The notes beneath the pieces are model-generated. The model was given only the letters and a program-made list of their open reading frames with translations. It made no database searches and had not been told where the DNA came from. Positions 50,901-64,000 of a stretch of DNA of 64,000 nt are shown here, one piece after another (position 1 is the first letter of the stretch; every line of letters starts with the position of its first letter). Both the position numbers and the translations under genes were made by a program. Source of the DNA: Trichoplax sp. H2 (lineage: Eukaryota); assembly GCA_003344405.1 (NCBI GenBank), contig NOWV01000201.1:1-64000 (forward strand), in the 5' to 3' direction.

Positions 50901-53451
50901 TACATAAATCATTCATTTCTGTATATTTTTTATCTTAGCTGGAGGTAATCTGAACTATCATCGGATAACAACGCCAAAAGTATCACCGCAAGTAGTTAAT
51001 ACTGCTCAAATCCGAATTGTCAATGGTGTCAGTTCTAAAACACTGGTTAAAGCACATGGTAAACTATTATTATTTTCTAACTGTAGCAAATTTAACTCGA
51101 TTCTGGTATTTTATGGTGTGTTAAAGCATGTTAATTATGATAAACGTTTTATAGCATCGTATTTTTTAATTAGAAGAATACTATTTTAGTATTGGTAGAC
51201 TCTAGTTGTCAATATACTACCCAATATACTACCATACTACTCACTAAAATCCTTAGTAGTTTACGAATCTTTTTAGTAGGATATAATCGATTTCAATGTT
51301 CTAATCAAACTGGAAGTTAATTTCTATTTTGTAATTTCATTACAGCTGCTCTAATGTCAATTGCCTGGGTGTGGTTAGCCCCATTGGCCGTATTCTCTGC
51401 AAGATATATGAGAGCTTATAAAACTGACTGTGTTGGCACAGCTGCGTGGTTTCAAGTAGGCATATGTTATAAAATTTGTAATTGCCTATAAAACACCGGT
51501 TAATAGCCGCTGTGTTATATCAGTACTATATTAGTTGTTGATGTACCCGATTACAATCATCATGGGCTAATAGCAAGAACTATCAGTTACGCACTGATGT
51601 AATTTATCTACATATTTCTCTTCCTTTATTATTTTTTAGATTCATCGTTCCTCCATGATTAGCGTAGTGATATTAAGTATAGCTGGCTTCATTCTAGTGT
51701 GGGTACATGTTCAAGGATGGTCTACAGTAAGTCGGCGTTTGTGTACATTGCGATATTACGGCAATTTATATGATAATTGAGATATGAATATTGTATTATA
51801 CTGGAAAAAAAACTTTTGTGGCTAATTTTCAATGGTATTAAAAATAGAATGCTGGAAATCATGCTTATACCGGAACAGCAACAGTCGTTTTATCATTAAT
51901 ACAGGTGAGCTTAATTGCAAAATTTCAGGTTTGCTTACAGGTTTGATCATCTATGTCCATGACTTACTACACCGTGTTCCGGGTTGATAGTTATGTGAGA
52001 CACGAATTACAATACACCCAAAAAACAATCAGCTAAATACTCATCAGACATTGGCGTGGACTTATGCCTGCAATTGAGTAATTAATCAAATCAAAGAAAA
52101 TTTATTTATATGTAATAGCAGTTTTCTATAAAATTGCTCAATATCTTGCTAGTATTCATTATCCTAACTCATAGAAAGTAGTGTACTATTGACGGAGCCC
52201 GTGAATAAAAAGTGGCAATGCTTTATAAGGATACCTAAATTTAGTAGCTGTAAAGCATTTGCTAGCATGTATACAGTTTACATTTAATTTAGACTATAAG
52301 TAAGTAAAGAAATGTAATCTATCACAATCTTTGTTATAAGTGCTAATATGCTAAATAAATTGCGGTTTATTTCAAAACATGCATCTCTATCTTTTGAAAA
52401 TTAAATGAATAAAAATTCTTCTTCTTAGCCTATTATGGCACTCTTCAGATGCCATCCTGGTGAAGACAAGTAAGTCACAATATAATTTATATCGCACTAT
52501 ATAATATTAAATATAGTATACGGTGAGATTTTAAGTTTATTTAATTTATATTCATTACATAGCATTATCTATATAATCAAGCTGTTTTAATAGTTAACAT
52601 TTTTTATTAACTTCAGACGTTGGATTTTTAACTACGCTCACCGTACTGTTGGCCTTCTTGCTGTAGGATTAGGCCGTAAGCCATAAGCATTATATAAATA
52701 TATAAAATAATGGAAAGTAGGAATTTTAGAAAAAGCCATGATATAAGAAATCGCGAAACTAATTTATCCTTCAAAAAATCTTTGTCCAACCTATTCATTT
52801 CTGCTTTATTCTTTTAAATGGCACGTTAAATTATCATAGTTGGAACTGTCTTCCTTGGCATGGATTTATACCTTCTTGATTTACCTAGCTTCACAACTTG
52901 GATGACAGTGGGCTACCTATGTGGTCTGGGATTGAGTGTAATAATAATAGAAATAGGGCGATACCACAAGCGGAATGTGGGTAAGTTATTTCAAATAAGA
53001 GTTCGCGGCTTATAAATCGATAATTATTTGTGCCACAGATTAGAATTTTATGGTAAATTTTTTCAGACTTTATTTATTTAAGAGATTTTTGGTTCCAGTG
53101 TATACATATATATGGTAAAATATATAATTAGCCTGACTTATTTATTAACAGCTACTCCAAGTAATGACGATATTCAGATGCAAGAGAAAGGCGACGATAA
53201 AACTGATAATCCTGATGTTGCTGCCCAGAATCTTCCAAAGGTGCTTACTGATTATTAATTTTAAAATAGGCAGCTAGCAAAACGAATTTATCCTTCAAGA
53301 TTGGACGATTTTTATTAAATAGACACAATATGGTCTTTTTAAAATTTTTTAGAAGGAAAGTGGCGAAATTTACACTTACGCTATCGAAACTGTAGTTGCT
53401 CTTGCCACAACTGCAGCGATCATAGCAGGGCTTATTATCTATCCATTTTAA
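47939..53451 (+). CDS. FRRS1: Ferric-chelate reductase 1 / SDR2-like (reeler + DOMON + cytochrome b561), ~602 aa, 19 exons
   Basis: Exons 47939-48131, 48419-48555, 48890-48987, 49185-49260, 49401-49421, 49565-49585, 49796-49990, 50197-50298, 50402-50454, 50585-50694, 50939-51058, 51346-51455, 51640-51726, 51848-51904, 52429-52469, 52617-52675, 52840-52980, 53152-53240, 53353-53451 (1809 nt, phase-consistent). Motifs: reeler CTNMIPGH, FKGFFLQAR, ATH, WRAP; GCGTTKGC; DOMON WVALGISDDTKMGND; b561 His in KAHA, WFQIHR, NHAY, FNYAHR; QPIMALFRCHPG. Confidence 0.92.
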
Positions 53452-54249
53452 GGATCATTTTATGTAATCTTAATGTCGTTTTATTGATAACAAAATTATT
53501 AAATACCCTTTTTCTGGCGATTTGCTGGTATCTAGATAAGTACTAGCATATGATGGCGATATTCTGTTCAATATGACGTAATAAAACATTTAGAAATAGT
53601 TTCCGTAATTTCCCTTACACCGCCTATTATAAGCTCTTAAAGCTTCCGCAGGTCTAATTCTCGTCTTTATTAGCCCTAATTTGAATAGAATATTTTGTCA
53701 ATACAATTAAAGAGTTGCTTAAGATGTTAAGCTAATTTAACAATAGCTAGCATCTTTAGTTTATATATTACAATTTATAGCACGTAAAAGGTAAAGCATC
53801 ATGTAATATTAAGTTTCTCTAAGTAAGTTGATCAGTTATTGAATTTATGTACCGATGATAGTAAAATTAAGTCATAATAATGTGCGCTGCACTACTGGCG
53901 ATTATATATCTATGGACTAATCTTTAATTTGTAGTTTTCTAAATTTAAATCTTTAATGGTCAGACATCATGTTGGTAAGTTTTCAATAAAAGTTCACTTT
54001 GGATTTATAGCTAGGAAAGTGCGAAGTTCTTATAAATGATTCTATTAAAATACGATTAAACTGTCGAAGACATCATCAATATCATTCACTATTTCAAAGC
54101 ATTAACTTTAGTAATTTAGCCTAAGAGTTATAGGCGTAGTTTAAACTACATTAATATATTTCGATCTAAAATTTTTGGCATTAGTAGCTTTAATGTTCTA
54201 CACTTATAAAAAAATTTACTATAGTCATTTCCAATTAATTCTTTCTCAT

Positions 54250-54660
54250 GCCGCGAGTACATTAATGCAATGGATTCTTGCCTTACGCGGTATTATAGCT
54301 TAGCAGCAACTTCTGCAAGTTTCAATGCATCAAGCACTGAACCGTGTTCGCTAATTTAATATTTACAAGTGTACAGATATTAGCTGTTTGATGCTTTAAT
54401 GGATTCTTCTCTTGCAGTAATAGTGCTATAGTTTAATAGTAACCTCTATAAGTTGTGACGCCACAAATAGTGGACCACATTAGCTAATTCTGATGTCTAC
54501 CAATATTCAAATGTTAGCCGTTATGTGCTTTATTAAATTCTTACAATCGTTACAGTTTAGCAGTAACCCCATAAGTCATAGCGCGACCAGTAAAGAGCTT
54601 TAATAACTAATTCTGGTACATACGAATTTAGAGATGTCAGCCGTAATACGCTATATATTT
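54250..54660. repeat. Degenerate ~120-bp tandem repeat, about 3 copies
   Basis: TTTAATGGATTCT...TATAG.TTA..AG.AAC...ATAAGT...CTAATT...TTAGC recurs at ~54265, 54395, 54530. Confidence 0.5.
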
Positions 54661-57600
54661 TAGATTACACTGCGGCTTATCTATAATTGATGACATCCAT
54701 TTAATAATACTGATTTCATGAAGTGGAATATGTAAACTTATAGAATATGATAGATTGCTACCGAAATCTCAAAGCGTTAATTATGAAATTACAGATATTT
54801 AATGAATTGCTAATACGAATACAGTAGAATAGCAACGCTTTTAGGTATCTAACATTATTCTAATTGTAATTAATGACCAGCTTATAGGTTAAGGAATTAA
54901 AGCTATGGATGTAGTTGTATCACTACAGTTTGATGATATTAGGTTGAAGTAAACTGTATTCAATTAGGGTAAAAATTAAATATACCAGTATACACTAAAT
55001 ATATATAACATAGAACATGTTTAAGTTTGATTAGTTTTACCTGATTAAATACGGGAATCTCACTATTTTTGTGATATTTTCCAATTGTTATTAGCCCATT
55101 CAAGAAGTTACTTTAACATCAACATTAAGTAGCTAGATTACCTTCGCTTGGGTGTCAAATTACATTTTCTAATAAGAATAAGCAGCTAAATCTGTAATAA
55201 TCACTATATTAGTCAAGTATACAATGCCGATAAATTATAGTACTTAAGCGAATGAATGCATTGCTATACAACATATCTGTTTTGAAAAAAAGTAATCGAG
55301 ACTATTTAGCTTGAGCCATATCAGGCAGAATTTAATCATAATCAAAAGTCTTTCTTGTCGCCTACGTGATCGATATCGAGCTATTTATTTGAAATGTTAA
55401 ATCTACGTAATAATAGTGATCACGTATTTAATAATTAGAATTGTAAATTAATGTTTATTGATTTTGTAGTATTGAAATAAGATATGGTAAACATATCGTC
55501 GTAATAAAATAAATGGATTAACATTTAATAGGCATACACTCTATATTACTAATATGATTCTTTACTTCACCCAAGTTAATGCATAGCAGTATATAAGGAT
55601 TTATCTATTAAGAAATGGTAACAAATACTTTCACTCTTGCACATGCCGTTTATAAATCTGCATTAGCGGTACGGAAACAACTATAATCTTACCTTTTGTC
55701 TCAAGATATATACATTCATATACAAATATTTCTATGGACGGCATATTATTTAAAATAAGAATATTTTTTTTTCAGCTATGTATTATTGAATAGGGCTTGC
55801 TGGGTTGTTAGAGTGATACTGTAAATCAATGATTACATCCGGGCGTATTATCTGAAATGCCGGGTAATTCTAACACTGAAGAGTGTATATCATCTCCTGC
55901 TAACATACTGTAGCATACGAAGATTCCAAGTACCTTTAAGATGAGTAGTGCTACTAGGCTACTAATTGGAATAACGTCGAAATTGCATCAACCTACTAGA
56001 ACAATATAGAAAAGTAGCTATAGGCAAAATTTATTGAAAGATTTAAGCCTGGCATTGGCTCTTAAAAATAAGTTAAAAGTAATCTATTTGCTAAACCATT
56101 TGTTTCAAAGTTTGATTGATTTAAAATATCGAGTATAGAAGATAGTGTAGCTTAATTTACAGACTTCAGATAGATCTCGAGCTTCAAAAATGATAAAACG
56201 ATCATGACCATTTTATACATCGTTACAATATCACGAAATCCTGTGATAGTGGTTGGAGGCTTGGCTCGGTGCATAAAGATCAACCAGTATATATGCAAAA
56301 ATTTTTGTCATATAGGATACCTTCAATAGCTGATAAATTTTAATTAAAAATTCAAATATTATTCTAATAGACCAACTGTAGATTTTTGTTAAAATATCAG
56401 TCTAGATTGATTTAACAGTCTTGCTTTAAAATTCGATTACTACTATTTGGCTTTGCCTATGGGTTACATCGGAAATTTATATGTAGAATACTTTTCTATG
56501 AAATAATTGAAGGATTATATTGATTTCAATTTGATGATTAATTCTGCAATTGAATGAAACTGGTTCTGTAAAGTAATACAGATATCTATTATTAGTTAAA
56601 GTAAATCGATTATAAATCTTATTAATAGTATTTTATTGAATATTATCACAAACAAATAGTTAAGTGAAGTTGACACTTAATTCTACAATTTTCAGTAAAT
56701 ATGATCAACAGTAGTATATATAAATCTGTCGTTAGTAAATGTAAAGTAAACATGTATAATAATTTATCGCTAACATTACTTCAATACTGCAGTATAAGAA
56801 TGATCATATAGAATCCAAAGCTAATTTCAGGACTTTCAGTTAACTGGATCTGCAAAGAAAAATCGAAACTGGTCATGAATTTAGAGTAAAGCAAGATTGG
56901 AAGTACGTGTAGCTATTGGCTCTCATAACTGTTCCTTCTATAGTTTAAATGACCATCGGTATATTGCTGTATTTGTCTGCCAGCTTTTAATAAGTATAAT
57001 AGTGTCGTGCTGTATAAATGCTATATAGAACTGATATTTGATTCTACGATTTTTAGCAGATTTAATCAATAAAGAATAGTAGAAATTGGTCATCAATCTA
57101 AAAATAAGGTAAAAACACATATCATGACTGGCTCTCATAACTACTAACTACTACAGCTAAAATAAATGGTCATATACGACTGTATCTGATCAACAATCTT
57201 CTAATGCATGCAATATAAGAAGTTTTTGAAGCTCGTAGATTATTAGAGATACAAACTATAATAATATATTGTTTGATATGATCTTAATTGATTATAATAT
57301 TTACAATATTTTCTTAGTGAATATGATTTAATAATATATCCAGATAAAAACGATGTAGATAGCTAACAAAGAACTTAGCAAAAGTCGAAGTGTTTACGTA
57401 AAATTTTTATTTTTTTCTACATTTATAATGGCATTGATTGTTGATAATATAATCTATTAATTGTTTCACATCGTTAGAAATATGATGTCCTATTTAAAAT
57501 CTGAGAATGGCATGGATGTATTGAAACAATCTGAATATTTGGATTACTTGTATTTATTTATTCTGCCTTGTGGTTAATTACGTATACTGTATATCATTTG

Positions 57601-60600
57601 TCTAATTCTTTAAAGTTGTTGGAGTTTATTTTTTACAGAATGCTACAGTAGATTATATAACAGCAAGATGTTATTAATGCAATAATTAGCTGCCTGAATT
57701 ATAGCTAGAAAGTCTATTGGACTTTAACTCGAAAAATAACTGAAGATATCTATAAAAAATAACCATAACAACAATTTCATACCCTATTATTTTGGAATAA
57801 GATAGGTGTAATCACTCATTGATTTTATTATAGATCATCATATGTTGATAATTAGACCACGCCATTGTAGTCAGCATTGAAAGATAGAGACGAAACTCAT
57901 TAATAAGAAATTAAAATGATTAAAGATGTTAGTATCTAGTGACGACATCAGCAATTCTATTCTATAATACAGATTACTGTAGTCTAGCAACCAGAAATGA
58001 CAAAACTTTCTATATTTTATTCTAATAGAATGAGTCATCGTTGAAACATGGACAATCTAAGGAAGCAGCTGTTATCCATCTATTGAGGTTATCTAGTCAT
58101 AATTATTACGAGAAATAATATCAAGAAGAAATGGAGCGAATATCAGTTAGTAGAGCTGTAAACAATATTGACTCCCACAACATGGATAAAGTAAATGATT
58201 ACCTTCGTATTGGCCAATCTTGATATAATAATAGGTGGGCTACATATTTTGATAAAATTTTCATCCTATAATTCAGAATTGTAGTTTGTAACGTCACATT
58301 TTTGGCTTCCGGTTAAAATTATAAATGGCGTTAATTTGTGAAGAGGACAGATGTTACTTAAGTGCAAGAATTACTCTCTCCTATCATGATGCCGTATTTC
58401 AATTTATACGAATATTCATGTATTACGGCGAGAAAGAGGTGAAGAACTTGTCATTATGACTGATAAATCATAATCGAGATATGGCGATTAATGAAAATCC
58501 CATGGCGATAGATTTAGAGTATTACATGCAAGAAGCTATCTGCTCTTATGTCAATATAATTAATTATTGACGGCTAAAAACGGCTAATTATAACTTTCAC
58601 TAATAAAGTTCGTTAAGCAAAGTGGATAAAGATTATACGGTAGTATCTACCTCAATTCTATGTACCCTAGTTTTCTAATTTGCCCTCACACTAGTTTTGA
58701 TATAACGAAACATCGTAAATATTCTAGATGCACTACATAGTAAGTGATTTAATTATTAGTCTTTTTAATAAGGACAAATCTTCATCATAAGACGACAATC
58801 AGTTAAAATTTCGGACTTGAAAAGCCTGATAGGTCAAAGTGGATAAAACTTCAAGTAGACTCTTATGTTTATCTATAGTAATAGGCGATCAGTATAGTAA
58901 AGTAACTCAGCCAGTTATAGATACACTAGAAAGTAAGAAATTTTCTATTTCTACCAAGATGGAATCACGAGCTTGTAGGTATAATTATTAGCTACTGGAA
59001 GAAGAAATTTTATTCGAAATTTTTATATTCAGGAAATAAGCTAAGCAAGTAAAAGTCGAATATGCTGTCTACCTGTAACTATCAACATTACTAGTATATT
59101 TTGAGACAACAGAGATCACTATGGGTATCTTCGCGATGTAAAATTATCCATTTCTACTGTAAAGTCGTTATTTTCTAAAGAGGGTCCATTATAATTTTTG
59201 TATTCGTATTTTAAACTAAGCTAAGTAAATAGTATATTGTCAAATATTACCTTATCTCTCTGTATCTGTCGTAGATATTATTAGTATGTTTGTTATCGTA
59301 GCAGAGGATTGATTCCTGTATAGAATTTTGTATGTTTATAAACTAGCTATAGGAAGATACTTTGTTGGAATTTTTGAAAATACGCATACTGTTAATAAGA
59401 CCATACTATTTACTTGTGGGATCTATCAATGCTGCTGATATGTATCTGTTAGCATAATATAGTGCCATTCCGTATTCTACGTGCCAGCTATCCCGTAAAC
59501 TATATCTAGAATTGTCTATCTGAATCTAGATACAAGTAGCAGCTGCTACAATGGAATCTGTTCTAATCTTAACAAATTTAATAAGACAAATAGGGGAAAT
59601 TAAATGTTTGAACACATTTACGACTACCTACATTCCCCTTAAGTTCTAGATCCTTTGGTATAACGGAGAGATGCTATAGGATTACATAGTTTCCACACAT
59701 ATAGTTGTCTATCTGGACACCTAATGGAATCATTAGACACGGGTAGCTAACTTATGAAAATCGTTTTCTATTAATTTAGTCGGTCAAGCCAATAAAGTTA
59801 AACTCCATATAGAGTATAAGTATTTGCATTCATTTTGATTATCAATAGATCGAAAGTTGCAAGGCTACCGAAATAAAATTAAAGGAAAACTCTTGGTTAT
59901 CAAAATCAAGAATTCTTATTTTTATTAATACTCTTGCTTAATGATTATTTGATTGATGATGACGATGTGGACATGTCTCATGTTGTTTTATGATTGAATG
60001 GTCAATATCAATTATAATACCACTGCAAATATTGAATATCAATCACGTCATCGGAATATCATTACCTATAAGGGGCTATAATCTAACCCCCCAATTCAGT
60101 CATCTTCCATCAACGTTGTATTCTTTCTTCAAACATTTAAATCTCCTATCGAAATTGTCGAAGAAAGATATATAATATAATTTGATATTGGCCTTTCTAA
60201 TTGTCTAATGCAATTCGTTATATCATCATTTTGAAAAAAATGGCTGTGACAACTCGAGAAGATTCCATCTTCTAGCTGTAATTGTAGTAACCTTGATATT
60301 ACTGGAGAACTATAACAGTAATGTTGAGATACGATCATTCCGAAAAATAACAATCTCAAGTAGAACACATATGTAACATACATATATATGTCAATTTACA
60401 ATATGTGGTTTAGTCATTTCTGAGTTTTAAGGACAAAATCGATCTTAGGAATGGCCTTAATATATTTATACAAACATATGTATTATGCGCCATCCAAATT
60501 CAGGAAAAGAAAGAAAAACAGGAAATTAATAAAATTGCTGCTAGCTTAATTGACATACGTTTCTATATAAAATAATAATAGGATTTGGAAAGTAAGGTTT

Positions 60601-62240
60601 CTGTAAAAAATGGAACCACTTTTTAAAATGTCGGTAATTTTGTAGGCTGGTCATTTTAATTGTTAACCTTTGTTTTATTTATAAGCTTTAAATTGGGGCG
60701 TCTTGATTTCTCATTTTAAGTAGGTAAAAAATATCTCGCATAAAAAGCATATAAATAGATGTTAACATACGTATTCGTATATAGGTAAGAAAGTTGCAAA
60801 AAATAATACAATAATATTGATTTCATGATCAAGTGTGAACTTTGTAAAGAGGCTTTTATTGCCATTATAGCTATAGGACGCCATAAATGATTTACAGTAG
60901 ATGAAACATTATTAATCAAACTATTTGAAAATAATAACTTTAATGGGGTTGATATAATCAATTCTTTGAATATCCTTTAGGTGAGAATAAAAAATATGCA
61001 CGAAATAAATTAAATTATGTAATTTCATAGTTTGAATTGATGAGACAGATCAATCCGTACATTAAAGAATAACCTAATTCCAAAAGAGAAAAGCCGGTCT
61101 AGATTGGCTATTACTTTGAAGAATTTCAATTATCAAATGTTAATACTTTGTTTTTCGAATTAGTTGGAATATAAGATTAACTATGTAATGGTGATCAATG
61201 TAGTATTTTAATTTATTTCTAAAATTTCTCCCTCCCCTTCCTAAAGAAAAAAGGCTTTGATGATACTATCACCCATTAAATCTTCAAATTTAAAAGTACG
61301 TTCCATTTCCAATCTTAACTTAAATAGCATAGCTCTACTTACTATCTATATACCAATAGAATTAGATTTTAAATTACTAAACTAAATCGCTTTCTATCCG
61401 CCAAATATACGTCTCTCATCTATCTGTCAAAAGGGCTAAATAGGAAAAAAATTATATATCTATCTGCAAGATAAAGTAATAGATGAGTGTGTAGGCTATT
61501 CTTACCCGCATTTTGTAATTGAAAATAGACTTAATTGTCATTGTTACTGATGTAATAGCTAGTAATAACAATACTATTTTAACATCAAATTTGAGCGCGT
61601 ATTAAATATAAAAAAGAAATAGACAGGAGATGATTGATGTTATTCATGATGTGCATAATTTGAAAGCAACAAGGCTAAATTAAATAAATAAGAAGTCACA
61701 TGATAGATTTTTTTATGTCAATTGTTGATCAGTTATGATAATATAGGAGATAGATAATTTCCTAATTACTTTTCTTCTTAAATAGTCATCAACTTATAGC
61801 TAGTTGACTCTTGTTCTATTGGGATTATAGTGAGGAATTTTTAATCGAATTGTTGCTGTTGTTACCATCACCAAGGTCCAAGGTTATTTTACTCTACCTC
61901 TTATATTTGGCATCTACCAATCGCGCTCTCAATATAACGATATCCATTTAGAGCTTGCTACCTTAGCTGAAGTTGTTGAATTTGACGTAAAATTTGGAAA
62001 TTTACGAGTGAAAAAATTTAAAAAGGAAGAAGAGAAGAAAAATAATTATTCACTCCAAATTGGTGAATAAACTTTAATTCTGATATTGGATAAAAAAATG
62101 AACTAGGATTGAACGTTTCCATCATTTAAAGATCATAAGAGGAAAGAGGAAACAATTTTATTTCTTCTTTTTCTAGCTATTTCATAATACGTAGACATCA
62201 TTTGATTAATAAACGTTAATCGATATTTAGCCTTGAAGTC

Positions 62241-63239
62241 ATGACCTCTGCTGATTCATCAAACAAATATGCAGTCCATAACGTTATTGCTACGCTGTAT
62301 ATTGCCATGATGATCATTTCTATTCCATTTAATTTTCTTTTCCTATCGGCCATTATAACTAAAAAGCATCTACGAACTCCAACCAACATCTTAGTTAGTA
62401 ATTTAGCCTTTGCTGGTTTAATCATTGCATCATTTTTTATGCCATTTAAAATATTTGAATTACTCAATCCAAATGTTGGCTTTCCATTCCCTAAATCTCT
62501 TGATATATGCCGTTTAAGAGCTATCGTTCCTGTTGCTTGTATCTTTTGCATTGGCTTGACTTTAGTTACTATTTGTGTTGATCGCTACTTAGTCATTACA
62601 CGTTCCATGACATCGTCTTGGAAAATTAGCAATAAGAAAGCCTATTTCTTTCTACCTTTAAGTTGGACTATTTCATTTGTCATTTATGCACAGTATACAA
62701 GTTATATGGTACTTTATAAATGGCGTGACTTAGTCATTTGTATTCCATTTTATCCAGAAAATGAAAAAAATGATATTATCCTTGGTAATGGAACTGATGG
62801 TAAACCTTCTTTTATCGAATTATCACGATTAACATTTTGGATTATGCACGCTTGTCTGTCGTTTATTATTCCTACTATATTATTAGTAACATTATATAGT
62901 AGGATAATTTACCGATTATGGCTAAGTCAACTGCCAATTTATAGTTCATCATCGACAACATTGACGAATAATGTAAAACATCGATTGATGAGAAAAAAAA
63001 AAGCTATCAAGATCTTAATCGCTTGTTGCCTGGTATTTCTGGTTAATAATATTCCATATTTTATAATATTTATTATAATTGAATTTCGTTTAGCGGCTGT
63101 AACTAATGCTTCATTAGCTGTTCAAATTGTTAGTATTATTTATACTTCTGCGATAGCTTATAATCCTATATTATACGGCTACTGCAATATTAAGGTTAGA
63201 AGAATGATTTTTAGTCAATTATCTTGTTCAAAACCTTAA
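62241..63239 (+). CDS. Rhodopsin-class (class A) orphan GPCR, peptide-receptor-like, single coding exon
   Basis: 332 aa with seven hydrophobic segments, LRTPTNILVSNLA, C in TM3, DRY, FIIP, basic ICL3 RKKKAIK and YNPILY. An acceptor-like TTTTTCTAG at ~62177 suggests a 5'UTR intron. Confidence 0.93.
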   Translation: MTSADSSNKYAVHNVIATLYIAMMIISIPFNFLFLSAIITKKHLRTPTNILVSNLAFAGLIIASFFMPFKIFELLNPNVGFPFPKSLDICRLRAIVPVACIFCIGLTLVTICVDRYLVITRSMTSSWKISNKKAYFFLPLSWTISFVIYAQYTSYMVLYKWRDLVICIPFYPENEKNDIILGNGTDGKPSFIELSRLTFWIMHACLSFIIPTILLVTLYSRIIYRLWLSQLPIYSSSSTTLTNNVKHRLMRKKKAIKILIACCLVFLVNNIPYFIIFIIIEFRLAAVTNASLAVQIVSIIYTSAIAYNPILYGYCNIKVRRMIFSQLSCSKP

Positions 63240-64000
63240 TCAATATTGATTTATTAACCGCATTACATCTTTAAGAATTGAAGATTTTTTCTTTTAATGT
63301 ATGTAATTTAAAGAGTAGATTTGAATGCTAAATTAACTACGATACAATTTCAATCCAATGAAATATTTGATTTTGAAGTTAACTTGTATCTCTATTCCAA
63401 AGCCAACTCTTTATTCAATTTTTTACCTGGCATTCAATTGTATTGAATTAAATCTATAATCTATCCTCTGCTATGAAGTAATTCTCATCTTATTTTGAAC
63501 TACTATAATTTATGACATTGAAAAAGATGAAATTAGATACTATCAAGGTTAGATATTAAGTGTTATAAATAAAGAAAAAACTAAATTTTACCTTTTAATA
63601 TCGCTCTTATTTCGATTATTATATTATTCTTTCTTAAACGTGGCTAGATTAATATTAATAGATGAGAGCAGAAAATAGACAACTAGCTTTACTTTCTCTC
63701 TTGCTTTCTTCTCATTCCTTGCTTAGCTAATTATAATTGTTAGTAGTGCTGTCATATGCATGGCTTAGCAGGGACATACCGTATATTGGTATAATATAGG
63801 ATAAATGATTGGAACTTTTACTCAAGATTGCGGTCGGATTCGACTACCTACTAGTCAAGGAAAGTGGAATTCAAGTTAATAGATATACATAGTAATGAAT
63901 AGGAGGATTACTTTACATAACATAGTTTCTCTCTTAAATCTATTTTATTGTCATGATTTAGACGGTATCAGATACAGAAAAATCGTCTCATCATCATTAA

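Noticed and set aside
53500..62150. Short ORFs in the long intergenic region (56938, 59990, 60129, 60716)
   Set aside because: AT-rich random-looking translations with no recognisable domains or consistent exon chain.

Overview
AT-rich eukaryotic (animal) genomic DNA with short GT-AG introns. The gene set and intron style suggest a non-bilaterian such as a placozoan (Trichoplax-like); this is an inference. Seven intact protein-coding genes were assembled by hand: ATG4C/D-type autophagy cysteine protease (+, 11 exons), DEPDC1-like DEP/RhoGAP-like protein (-, 9 exons), an L1/contactin-type 6 Ig + 5 FN3 single-pass receptor (-, 3 coding exons), a close homologue of squid diisopropyl-fluorophosphatase (DFPase; -, 2 exons), an intronless cathepsin A-like S10 carboxypeptidase (-), a reeler-DOMON-cytochrome b561 ferric-chelate reductase FRRS1 (+, 19 exons including two 21-nt microexons) and a rhodopsin-class GPCR (+). 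The carboxypeptidase locus is tandemly duplicated. The second copy is a pseudogene whose flanks carry a Helitron-like insertion and a small MITE-like insertion. Several intronic tandem arrays inflate the two large introns, and there is one 20-N gap. The most notable items are the DFPase orthologue, a signal-peptide ORF with an in-frame Cys-TGA followed by a hairpin resembling a recoding element, the Helitron-like insertion with a paralogous empty site, and the twin microexons. No tRNA, rRNA or CRISPR was seen.
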